NCBI GenBank assembly: GCA_035532715.1
Contig: DATKQO010000305.1
Location: 1 to 38,878 of the forward strand
Length of the DNA stretch: 38,878 nucleotides
DNA from: Gaiellaceae bacterium
Lineage (GTDB): Bacteria > Actinomycetota > Thermoleophilia > Gaiellales > Gaiellaceae
Reading direction: 5' to 3'
Positions 1 to 7,071 of the stretch are shown one piece after another. A program made the translations under genes and the position numbers. Positions within the stretch are counted from its first letter, which is position 1. Every line of letters begins with the position of its first letter. The notes under the pieces are model-generated. The model was not told the origin of the DNA, searched no databases, and saw only the letters and a list, made by a program, of their open reading frames with translations.

Positions 1-174
1 GAGCTCGGCGAGCTCCGCCGCGCCCTCGCCCGCTCCGCACTGCAAGTGCAGCACGCGCTTGCGCGTCAGGTCGCCGAGCGTCTGACGGACGATCGCGGGC
101 AAGCCCGGCCGTCCCTGCGCACCGCCGCGGTGGCGGTCGTCGAAGGCTCTGCGGTTGCGCTCGGTGGGCTCCAT
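1..174 (-). CDS. class I SAM-dependent methyltransferase, N-terminal fragment (continues beyond window start)
   Basis: Minus-strand ATG at 172-174 reads MEPTERNRRAFDDRHRGGAQGRPGLPAIVRQTLGDLTRKRVLHLQCGAGEGAAELAEL and runs off the edge. VLHLQCGAGEG resembles SAM-binding motif I. It starts 1 nt after the fabL-like stop. It is absent from the ORF track because it is open-ended. Confidence 0.5.
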   Translation of the reverse strand, partial: MEPTERNRRAFDDRHRGGAQGRPGLPAIVRQTLGDLTRKRVLHLQCGAGEGAAELAEL

Positions 175-175
175 C

Positions 176-910
176 TCAGGCGGGCAGCGAGAAGCCGCCG
201 TCGACGACAATGGTCTGGCCGCACACCATCCGCGCATCGTCGGAGCAGAGGAAGGAGACCGCGCCTGCGATGTCGTCCGGCACGACGAGGCGGCCGGCAG
301 GCGTGCGCTCGACCGACCGCAACATCTCGTCCTTGTTCGGGAAGTGCTCGAGTGCGCCCGTCTCGACGACACCGCCGGAGACCGTGTTTGCACGGATTCC
401 GCGCGGCGCGAGCTCGACCGCGAGATAACGCACGACCGACTCGAGCGCCGCCTTCGACGTCCCGACGAGGATGTAATTGTCGAGCACTCGCTGGGCGCCG
501 AGGCTCGAGATCGCGACGATGGACGCGCCTTCGCTCATCGACGGCGCGGTCGCGCGCGCGAGCGAGAGAAGCGCACGGGCGTTGGCGTTCAACGTCCAGT
601 CCCAGTGCTTGTCCTCGGTCTCGAGTGCGGGCCGGATCACGCCCGTCGCGGCGTTGTGCACGACGACGCGGTACGGACCGTGCGAGGCAAGCTCCGCGAC
701 GACTCCGGGCTTGGACACCTCACCGCGGACGAGCGTCACCTCCGCGCCGGTGGCCCGCACCGTTTCCGCCGCCTGCTCCGCCGCTGCGTCGTTGCGCATG
801 TAGCCGAGCACCGTGCGGGTCGCTCCGTCGCGGACGAGCCGCAGCGCGATCGCGAGCCCGATCCCCCGTGTGCCGCCGGTGACGAGCACCGACGAGCCGT
901 CGAGGCTCAT
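176..910 (-). CDS. fabL: enoyl-ACP reductase FabL-like short-chain dehydrogenase/reductase
   Basis: Internal ATG of ORF 176..1192 gives MSLDGSSVLVTGGTRGIGLAIA (TGxxxGIG Rossmann motif). It has Y-x6-K (NYILVGTSKAA) and the tail GQTIVVDGGFSL, closely resembling Bacillus FabL from memory. The upstream part of the ORF is Arg/Pro-rich junk. Confidence 0.8.
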   Translation of the reverse strand: MSLDGSSVLVTGGTRGIGLAIALRLVRDGATRTVLGYMRNDAAAEQAAETVRATGAEVTLVRGEVSKPGVVAELASHGPYRVVVHNAATGVIRPALETEDKHWDWTLNANARALLSLARATAPSMSEGASIVAISSLGAQRVLDNYILVGTSKAALESVVRYLAVELAPRGIRANTVSGGVVETGALEHFPNKDEMLRSVERTPAGRLVVPDDIAGAVSFLCSDDARMVCGQTIVVDGGFSLPA

Positions 911-1185
911 CGCGCGGGCGGGAGCGGAGTGTCGGCGGGCGCCGAGCTCGGAAGCTCGCCCCAGCCGGGCCGGGTAGCCGGCTCGCGGCCGCCGTCCTGC
1001 GCCTTCGACGAGGCGAAGCCGAGCCGGTCGAGGAGCGCCATCTTCTCGTCGGCGTAGCGGCGCACCGGGTGCTCCGGCGGGAGAGCCCGGACGAGCTCCG
1101 ACACGCGGGCGCGGAGCTGGAAAGCGAAGTGCGGGGTCGCCGGCCCGACGAGGGCGTCGACGTCTGCGAGGGTCGGCTCGGGCAT
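907..1185 (-). CDS. small hypothetical protein (92 aa), translationally coupled to fabL-like gene
   Basis: Internal ATG (1183-1185) of ORF 907..1302 gives MPEPTLADVDALVGPATPHFAFQLRARVSELVRAL. Its stop overlaps the fabL-like start in ATGA (907-910). A TAGGGT box lies 7 nt upstream. No recognisable domain. Confidence 0.5.
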   Translation of the reverse strand: MPEPTLADVDALVGPATPHFAFQLRARVSELVRALPPEHPVRRYADEKMALLDRLGFASSKAQDGGREPATRPGWGELPSSAPADTPLPPAR

Positions 1186-1192
1186 CACCCAA

Positions 1193-1198
1193 ACCCTA
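1193..1198 (-). promoter_or_regulatory. putative -10 box TAGGGT, 7 nt upstream of ATG 1185 (small ORF-fabL operon), leaderless
   Basis: Plus strand reads ACCCTA. The spacer 1186-1192 has no SD. Confidence 0.45.
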
Positions 1199-1206
1199 AC
1201 CGACTG

Positions 1207-1212
1207 TAGCCT
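1207..1212 (+). promoter_or_regulatory. putative -10 box TAGCCT, 7 nt upstream of GTG 1220 (EamA transporter), leaderless
   Basis: Read directly. No SD in the spacer. Confidence 0.45.
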
Positions 1213-1219
1213 CGGACAC

Positions 1220-2158
1220 GTGCGACGAGCATCTCCCGTGGACGCGATGCTCCTTGGCGCGGTGCTGCTCTGGGCGCTGAACGTCACCGTCTCGAAGTAC
1301 ATGCTCGAGCACGGCTGGCGGCCGCTCGCGTACGGGACGATTCGCTACTTCGCCGCGATCTGCCTCTTCTGGATCTACACCTACCACCGCGAGCGCTCGT
1401 TCCGGATCGAGCGGCGCGACCTCAAGCTGGTCGGCGGCGCCGCCGCGGCGCTCTTCGTCAACCAGCTCTTCTTCGTCTACAGCTTGAAAGTCGGTCAGGC
1501 TTCGACCCTCGTGCTCGTCTTCGGGACGACACCGATCTTCGCGGGGCTCCTCACGCTCGCCTTTCGGACCGAGCGGCTCCAGCGCTCCTTCTGGCTGGGC
1601 GCCGCGCTGACGTTCGTCGGCGTCGTGCTCGTCGGCGTCGGCGCCGGGGCGTCGACCGGGTACGAGGGCATCCTCCTTGGGCTCGGCACGGCGTTCACCT
1701 GGGCGATCTACACGATCGCGATCGCGCCGCTGATGCGCAGCTACTCGCCCTACCGCGTCAGCGCGGTCGTGCTCGCGATCGGCTGGATCCCGCTCGCACT
1801 CGTCAGCATCCCGCAGGTGAGCGCGCAACAGTTCTCGTTCGGGTGGAAGGTCTGGCTCGGCTTCGGCTACGCGGTGATCGGGCCGCTCTTTCTGACGAAT
1901 ATCCTCTGGTTCACGGCGGTCGCGATCGTCGGCACCTCGCGCGCGACGTTGTTCAACAATCTCCAGCCGTTCTTCGGCGTGCTGTTCGCGATCCTGATCC
2001 TGTCGGAGTCGCTGCGGGCGGCGGAGATCGCCGGCGGGCTGTTCATCTTCGCCGGAATCGTGCTCGAGCGTGTGCGGCGCAGGCCGCTCGCGGATCCGGC
2101 CGCCCGGCGCGGCGATGCGGCCGAGGCCGACATCGGCGAGCTGATCGGGCCGGAGTGA
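1220..2158 (+). CDS. EamA/DMT-family (drug/metabolite) transporter
   Basis: 312 aa with about 10 hydrophobic helices in two halves, the typical EamA-repeat layout. GTG start with a TAGCCT box 7 nt upstream. Confidence 0.8.
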   Translation: MRRASPVDAMLLGAVLLWALNVTVSKYMLEHGWRPLAYGTIRYFAAICLFWIYTYHRERSFRIERRDLKLVGGAAAALFVNQLFFVYSLKVGQASTLVLVFGTTPIFAGLLTLAFRTERLQRSFWLGAALTFVGVVLVGVGAGASTGYEGILLGLGTAFTWAIYTIAIAPLMRSYSPYRVSAVVLAIGWIPLALVSIPQVSAQQFSFGWKVWLGFGYAVIGPLFLTNILWFTAVAIVGTSRATLFNNLQPFFGVLFAILILSESLRAAEIAGGLFIFAGIVLERVRRRPLADPAARRGDAAEADIGELIGPE

Positions 2159-2191
2159 GGAGGCTGAGGCGCCGCCTCGGGGAGCGCGCGG

Positions 2192-2197
2192 CATAAT
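2192..2197 (+). promoter_or_regulatory. putative -10 box CATAAT, 7 nt upstream of hppD ATG 2205, leaderless
   Basis: gcCATAATcccggccATG read directly. Confidence 0.5.
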
Positions 2198-2204
2198 CCC
2201 GGCC

Positions 2205-3299
2205 ATGGCCGAAGACTTCATGCCGCTGCTCGGCTGGGACCACGTCGAGCTGTGGGTCGGTAACGCGAAGCAGGCCGCGTATTTCTACGAGCGCGCGATG
2301 GGCTTCGTGCGCACCGCCTACTGCGGCCCCGAGACAGGCGTCCGCGACCGCGCGTCGTACCTGCTCGAGCAGGGCGACATCCGCCTCGTCGTCACCTCCG
2401 CGTTGCGCGAGGAGAGCGACATCACGAAGCACCACGCCCGTCACGGCGACGGGGTCAAGGACATCGCGCTGACGGTGCCCGACGCGACCGAGGCGTACCG
2501 GCAGGCGGTGCAGCGCGGCGCGCGCGGCGTCGCCGAGCCGAAGCGCGAGGAAGACGAGTTCGGAGCGATCGAGACGTCGGCGATCGCGACCTACGGCGAC
2601 ACGATCCACACGTTCGTCGACCGCAAGGAGTACGCGGGCCCGTTCAGGCCGGGCTACGTGCCGGTATCGGGTAACGGCGCGCCAGGCGGCGTCGGCCTGC
2701 TGAACATCGACCACATCGTCGGCAACGTCGAGCTCGGCCGCATGAATCACTGGGTCGAGTACTACGAGCGCGTGTTCGGCATGACGGAGATGATCCACTT
2801 CTCCGACGACGACATCTCGACCGAGTATTCCGCGCTGATGTCGAAGGTGATGGCGGACGGTGAGGGCAAGATCAAGTTCCCGATCAACGAGCCGGCCGAG
2901 GGCAAGCGCAAGAGCCAGATCGAGGAGTACATCGAGTTCTACGGCGGCGCCGGCGCGCAGCACATCGCGCTCGCGTCCGATCACATCGTGAAGACCGTCG
3001 AGGCGTTGAAGGAGCGTGGGACGATCTTCCTCGACACCCCCGATGCGTACTACGAGGACGTCGGCGACCGCGTCGGCTCGATCGACGAGGACTGGGCGGA
3101 TCTGCGCAAGCACAAGATCCTCGCCGACCGCGACGACGACGGCTACCTGCTCCAGATCTTCACGAAGACGGCGCAGGACCGCCCGACGATGTTCTTCGAG
3201 GTGATCGAGCGTCACGGCGCGCGCGGCTTCGGCGACGGTAACTTCAAGGCCCTGTTCGAGGCCATCGAGCGCGAGCAGGCGCTCCGCGGCAACCTCTAG
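2205..3299 (+). CDS. hppD: 4-hydroxyphenylpyruvate dioxygenase
   Basis: 364 aa. The N-terminus GWDHVELWVGNAKQAAYFY and the C-terminal GAGAQHIALASDHIVKTVEAL ... FFEVIERHGARGFGDGNFKALFEAIEREQ are hallmark HPPD motifs. Confidence 0.95.
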   Translation: MAEDFMPLLGWDHVELWVGNAKQAAYFYERAMGFVRTAYCGPETGVRDRASYLLEQGDIRLVVTSALREESDITKHHARHGDGVKDIALTVPDATEAYRQAVQRGARGVAEPKREEDEFGAIETSAIATYGDTIHTFVDRKEYAGPFRPGYVPVSGNGAPGGVGLLNIDHIVGNVELGRMNHWVEYYERVFGMTEMIHFSDDDISTEYSALMSKVMADGEGKIKFPINEPAEGKRKSQIEEYIEFYGGAGAQHIALASDHIVKTVEALKERGTIFLDTPDAYYEDVGDRVGSIDEDWADLRKHKILADRDDDGYLLQIFTKTAQDRPTMFFEVIERHGARGFGDGNFKALFEAIEREQALRGNL

Positions 3300-3303
3300 C
3301 GCG

Positions 3304-4062
3304 GTGTTCGATCTCGATGCCGCCCGGCGGCAGGCGCGCTCGCTCGAGCAGGTCGATCACCGTCCCTGGCCCGTTCCCGCGCGCCGGTGGGCGATGGGGC
3401 AGACCCTGGAGGACCAGCTGTTCGCCCACTGGCGCGTGCCGCTCGACGGGCTTCGCGCGCATGTGCCGGCCGCGCTCGAGGTCGAGCAGCACGACGGCAG
3501 CGCCTGGCTCGGGATCACGTCGTTCCGCGTCACGGGCCTGCGCCTGCGCGGGCTGCTCCCGGTGCCGGGGCTCTCGACGTTCGCCCAGCTCAACGTGCGC
3601 ACCTACGTGCGGGCACCCGACGGCAGGCCGGGCGTGTGGTTTCTCAGTCTCGACGCGTCGAGTCGCGTCGCCGTCGAGACGGCGCGACGGCTCTATGCGC
3701 TGCCGTACTCGCTCGCGCGGATGACGGTCGACCGTGACGGGACGTGGATCGACTGCGAGTGCGCCCGCGTCGGCGAGCGCGGCCGCGTGTTCAGCGCCCG
3801 CTACCGGCCCGAGGGCGACGAGCTCCGTGTGACGCCGGGCTCGCTCGAGGCGTTCCTCACCGAGCGGTACTGCCTCTACACGGCCGGACGGGAGGGAACG
3901 CTGCTGCGCGCGGAGATCCACCACGCGCCGTGGCGGCTTCAGCAGGCGGACGCCGAAGTCGAGCTCGTCTCGATCGCGCCGCTCGTCCTCACGGGCACGC
4001 CGGTCTGCCACTTCTCGCGCCGCCAGGACTTCGTGGTCTGGCCGCTCGAGCCCGTGCTCTGA
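3304..4062 (+). CDS. DUF2071 (YqjF-like) family protein
   Basis: 252 aa. WLGITSFRVTGLRLRGLLPVPGLSTFAQLNVRTYV and the later YCLY segment match my recollection of the DUF2071 family. GTG start 4 nt after the hppD stop. Confidence 0.7.
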   Translation: MFDLDAARRQARSLEQVDHRPWPVPARRWAMGQTLEDQLFAHWRVPLDGLRAHVPAALEVEQHDGSAWLGITSFRVTGLRLRGLLPVPGLSTFAQLNVRTYVRAPDGRPGVWFLSLDASSRVAVETARRLYALPYSLARMTVDRDGTWIDCECARVGERGRVFSARYRPEGDELRVTPGSLEAFLTERYCLYTAGREGTLLRAEIHHAPWRLQQADAEVELVSIAPLVLTGTPVCHFSRRQDFVVWPLEPVL

Positions 4063-4071
4063 CGGGCCGCG

Positions 4072-4077
4072 TACGCT
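4072..4077 (+). promoter_or_regulatory. putative -10 box TACGCT, 8 nt upstream of CDF ATG 4086
   Basis: gTACGCTacgccgcgATG read directly. Confidence 0.4.
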
Positions 4078-4085
4078 ACGCCGCG

Positions 4086-5450
4086 ATGACGGCGCAACGG
4101 CGGACCGCGCTCTTCTCCGTGCTCGCGGCGGCGGCCCTGATCGGCCTCAAGCTCGGGACGGGTCTCGCGACGGGAAGCCTCGGGCTCCTCTCCGAGGCGG
4201 TGCACTCGGGCACCGACCTGATCGCGGCGCTGCTCACCTTCTTCGCTGTCGGCGTAGCCGTGCGGCCGGCCGACCCGGGCCACCAGTACGGACACGGCAA
4301 GGCCGAGCATCTCGCGGCGCTTGGCGAGGGGACGATCCTCGTGCTCGCGAGCCTCGCGATCGTCTGGCGCGCAATCGTGCGGTTGACGAGCAGCGCGCAT
4401 CCGAACGTGCACGCTCGCTGGTACGCGCTTGTCGTGCTCGGCGTCGTGATCGCGATCGACATCGGGCGCACGTCTTCATCGTTTCGCGCTTCGAGGCGCT
4501 ACTCGAGCGCAGCGCTGGCGTCGAACGCACTGCACTTTGCGAGCGACCTCGCCGGGTCGGTCGCGGTGCTCGTCGCGCTCCTGTTCGTGCGCTCCGGATA
4601 TCTGAAGGCCGACTCGATCGCGGCGCTCTTCGTTGCAGCCCTCGTCTTGCTCGCGGCAGTACGTCTGATGCGGCGGAACGTCGACGTGCTGATGGATCGG
4701 GCGCCGGCGGCGGCGGAGGAGTCCGCGCGCCGGGCGATCGACGGCATCCGCCCCTCCGTCGACTTGCGCCGGCTGCGCATGCGGCAGGCGGCCGGGCGCT
4801 ACTTCGCGGACGTGGTGATCGGCGTCTCGATCGACGCCGCGGTCGGTCAGGGCCATGCCGCCGCGGACGCGGTCGAGGCGGCGGTGCAGACGGTGCTCCC
4901 CGACGCCGACGTCGTCGTCCACGTCGAGCCGCGGGGCGACCGCGCAGAGGTGCGGGAGCGCGCGCATGCCGCGGCGCTCGGTGTGGCCCGCGTGCGCGAG
5001 GTGCACAACGTGAGCGTCGTGTCGATGGCTTCGGGCACCGAGGTCTCGCTGCACCTGAAGCTGCCCGGCGACCTCTCGCTGGACGAGGCGCACGGGATCG
5101 CCGAAGACGTCGAGCGCGCGATCCTCGCCGCCGTGCCGGAGGTCTCGTCCGTGCAGACGCACCTCGAGCCGCTCGCGGAGCAGGCGGCGGGATCCCGCCC
5201 GAGCGCGGCCGCCGTCGCGGCCGAGCGCGAGCTCGTGGCGCGGATCGTTCGGGACGCGCTCGGCGCGGAGCCGGAGGAGCTGCGCTTCGTCCACACCGAC
5301 GACGGGCTCGTCGCCCACTTGACGGTCAGGCTCGGCGCGGGAACCGTGCTCGCGGACGCGCACGCCGCGGCGAGCCGCATCGAGGAGCTCGTCCGGCGGG
5401 AGCGGCCGGACATCGTCGACGTCGTCGTGCACACGGAGCCGCTCGAGTGA
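4086..5450 (+). CDS. cation diffusion facilitator (CDF) metal efflux transporter with three tandem C-terminal cytoplasmic domains
   Basis: ATG 4086 within ORF 3744..5450. Six TM helices. The TM2 HSGTD and TM5 HFASD metal-site motifs and the HQYGHGKAEHL loop are CDF signatures. Three CTD-like repeats follow, each ending V-H/Q-V/T-x-x-EP. The upstream ORF part overlaps the DUF2071 gene and is Arg-rich. Confidence 0.85.
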   Translation: MTAQRRTALFSVLAAAALIGLKLGTGLATGSLGLLSEAVHSGTDLIAALLTFFAVGVAVRPADPGHQYGHGKAEHLAALGEGTILVLASLAIVWRAIVRLTSSAHPNVHARWYALVVLGVVIAIDIGRTSSSFRASRRYSSAALASNALHFASDLAGSVAVLVALLFVRSGYLKADSIAALFVAALVLLAAVRLMRRNVDVLMDRAPAAAEESARRAIDGIRPSVDLRRLRMRQAAGRYFADVVIGVSIDAAVGQGHAAADAVEAAVQTVLPDADVVVHVEPRGDRAEVRERAHAAALGVARVREVHNVSVVSMASGTEVSLHLKLPGDLSLDEAHGIAEDVERAILAAVPEVSSVQTHLEPLAEQAAGSRPSAAAVAAERELVARIVRDALGAEPEELRFVHTDDGLVAHLTVRLGAGTVLADAHAAASRIEELVRRERPDIVDVVVHTEPLE

Positions 5451-6082
5451 GGCTGTGCATGTTCAGCCCGAAGGACCGCGAGCTCGAGCGCGGTTGGCCC
5501 GGACGGATCGAGGGCGACCGCGTCATCCAGCTCGCAGCGCAGACGCTGCAGTCGTTCTTCACCGGCGGCGGCGGCGCACGCGAGCATGCGGAGTACGCGC
5601 TCGACGACATCGTGCTGCGGGCTCCGGTGCTCCACCCGCCGTCGGTCAGGATCTTCGGGCGTGACGGCGATTTCGTGTTCGCGAACCCCGCGTCCATCCA
5701 TGGGCCGGGCGACGTCGTCGTCGTGCCGGACGGCGCCACCGGGATCGTGCCCGTCGCGCGCCTCGCGGCCATCGTCGGCGTCGAGGGGGCGATCGGCGGC
5801 TACACGCTCATGAACGACTGGGAAGCGCCGGAGCTGTCGGGCGCAAAGGCCCACGACTTCGCGACGTCGCTCGGGCCGACGGTCCTGACGCCTGACGAGC
5901 CCGCGCTGGAGGTCGCCGACTTCGACGCGTTCGTCGCCCACGCGGGGCGAAACACGCGCCTGCTGCCCGGTGACGTGATCGTCGCTCCGGGCGGGAGCCG
6001 CAAGGAGACGGTGCGACCCGGCGAGATCGGGGAGATCTCCGTCACGCCGTTCGGAACGTTGCGGAATCCCGTCGCCGCGTGA
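5447..6082 (+). CDS. fumarylacetoacetate hydrolase (FAH)-fold family protein, short form, divergent active site
   Basis: 211 aa. SIHGPGDVVVVP, GGYTLMNDW, LPGDVIVAPGG and GEISVTPFGTLRNPV align to FAH-superfamily blocks. GTG start overlaps the CDF stop (GTGA). An alternative ATG lies at 5459. Confidence 0.65.
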   Translation: MRLCMFSPKDRELERGWPGRIEGDRVIQLAAQTLQSFFTGGGGAREHAEYALDDIVLRAPVLHPPSVRIFGRDGDFVFANPASIHGPGDVVVVPDGATGIVPVARLAAIVGVEGAIGGYTLMNDWEAPELSGAKAHDFATSLGPTVLTPDEPALEVADFDAFVAHAGRNTRLLPGDVIVAPGGSRKETVRPGEIGEISVTPFGTLRNPVAA

Positions 6083-7062
6083 CGCGGGTCGCGGTGATCG
6101 GCGCCGGCGTGATGGGTAGCGCGGCCGCGTGGGCGTTGAGCGCGCGCGGCGCGGAGGTGACGCTGTACGAGCAGTTCGAGCTCGACCACGATCGCGGCTC
6201 GAGCCACGGGCGCACGCGCATCGTGCGGCTCTCATATCCGGAGGCGCACTGGGTCGAGCTGGCCCGCGCGTCGCTGGAGGCCTGGCGCGACCTGGAAGTC
6301 GACGCGGGGCAGGAGCTCCTCCACTTGCACGGGCTCGTCGAGCTCGCGCCGTCGCGTGACCTCACGTCGGCCTCGGGGCTCGACGCCTGCGGCGTCGACT
6401 ACCGCTGGCTCGACCGGGAGGGCGCGCGTGCGCTGGGAGCGGAGCTGCCCGACGGCTGGGTCGCGCTCGAACAGCCCGAGGCCGGCGTCGTGCGCGCCGA
6501 CCACGCGCGCCACGCCTTCCTCGAGGTCGCCATCGCGCGCGGCGCGCGCGTCGAGGCGGGAACGCGAGTCGCGTCGGTCGACGACGCCGACGCCGACGTC
6601 GTGGTCGTGACGGCCGGCCCGTGGATCCGCGAGCTCGTGCCGGACGTGCCTGTCACCGTGACGCGCGAGACGATCGCGTACTTCCGGCACGAGGGGGAGC
6701 CGCTGCGCGCGATCGTCGAGCTCGACGAGATCACGCGCGGCCACGGCATCTACGCGCTTCACGATCCCGTGCACGGTGTCAAGGCGGGCGAGCACCACGG
6801 CGGGCCGGTGGCCGAACCGGGCGCCGGCGGCGAGCCCGATCTCGAATCGGTCGGCCACGTCGCCGCCTGGGTGGCGGCGCGCCTTCCCGGCGTCGACCCG
6901 GAGCCGGTCGACCCGCAGACGTGCCTCTACACGTCGACCGCGGACGGCTCGTTCGTGCTCGAGCGGCGCGGGCGCGTCGTCGTCGGCTCAGCGTGCTCCG
7001 GCCACGGTTTCAAGTTCGCGCCGGTCGTCGGTCGCAGGCTCGCCGATCTCGCGCTCGGTTAG
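6079..7062 (+). CDS. FAD-dependent oxidoreductase, sarcosine oxidase / N-methyltryptophan oxidase (SolA)-like
   Basis: VAVIGAGVMGSAAAWAL dinucleotide-binding motif, GSSHGRTRIVRLSYPE, and the C-terminal CSGHGFKFAPVVG. GTGA overlap with the upstream gene. Confidence 0.8.
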   Translation: MTRVAVIGAGVMGSAAAWALSARGAEVTLYEQFELDHDRGSSHGRTRIVRLSYPEAHWVELARASLEAWRDLEVDAGQELLHLHGLVELAPSRDLTSASGLDACGVDYRWLDREGARALGAELPDGWVALEQPEAGVVRADHARHAFLEVAIARGARVEAGTRVASVDDADADVVVVTAGPWIRELVPDVPVTVTRETIAYFRHEGEPLRAIVELDEITRGHGIYALHDPVHGVKAGEHHGGPVAEPGAGGEPDLESVGHVAAWVAARLPGVDPEPVDPQTCLYTSTADGSFVLERRGRVVVGSACSGHGFKFAPVVGRRLADLALG

Positions 7063-7065
7063 GCT
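7060..7065 (+). promoter_or_regulatory. putative -10 box TAGGCT, 6 nt upstream of hmgA ATG 7072; its TAG is the stop codon of the upstream gene
   Basis: ggtTAGGCTtccgcgATG read directly. Confidence 0.45.
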
Positions 7066-7071
7066 TCCGCG

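Noticed and set aside
3744-4085. The 114-codon N-terminal extension of the CDF ORF.
   Set aside because: It overlaps the DUF2071 gene in another frame and is Arg-rich. The CDF family begins at about the position of ATG 4086, which also has a TACGCT box 8 nt upstream.
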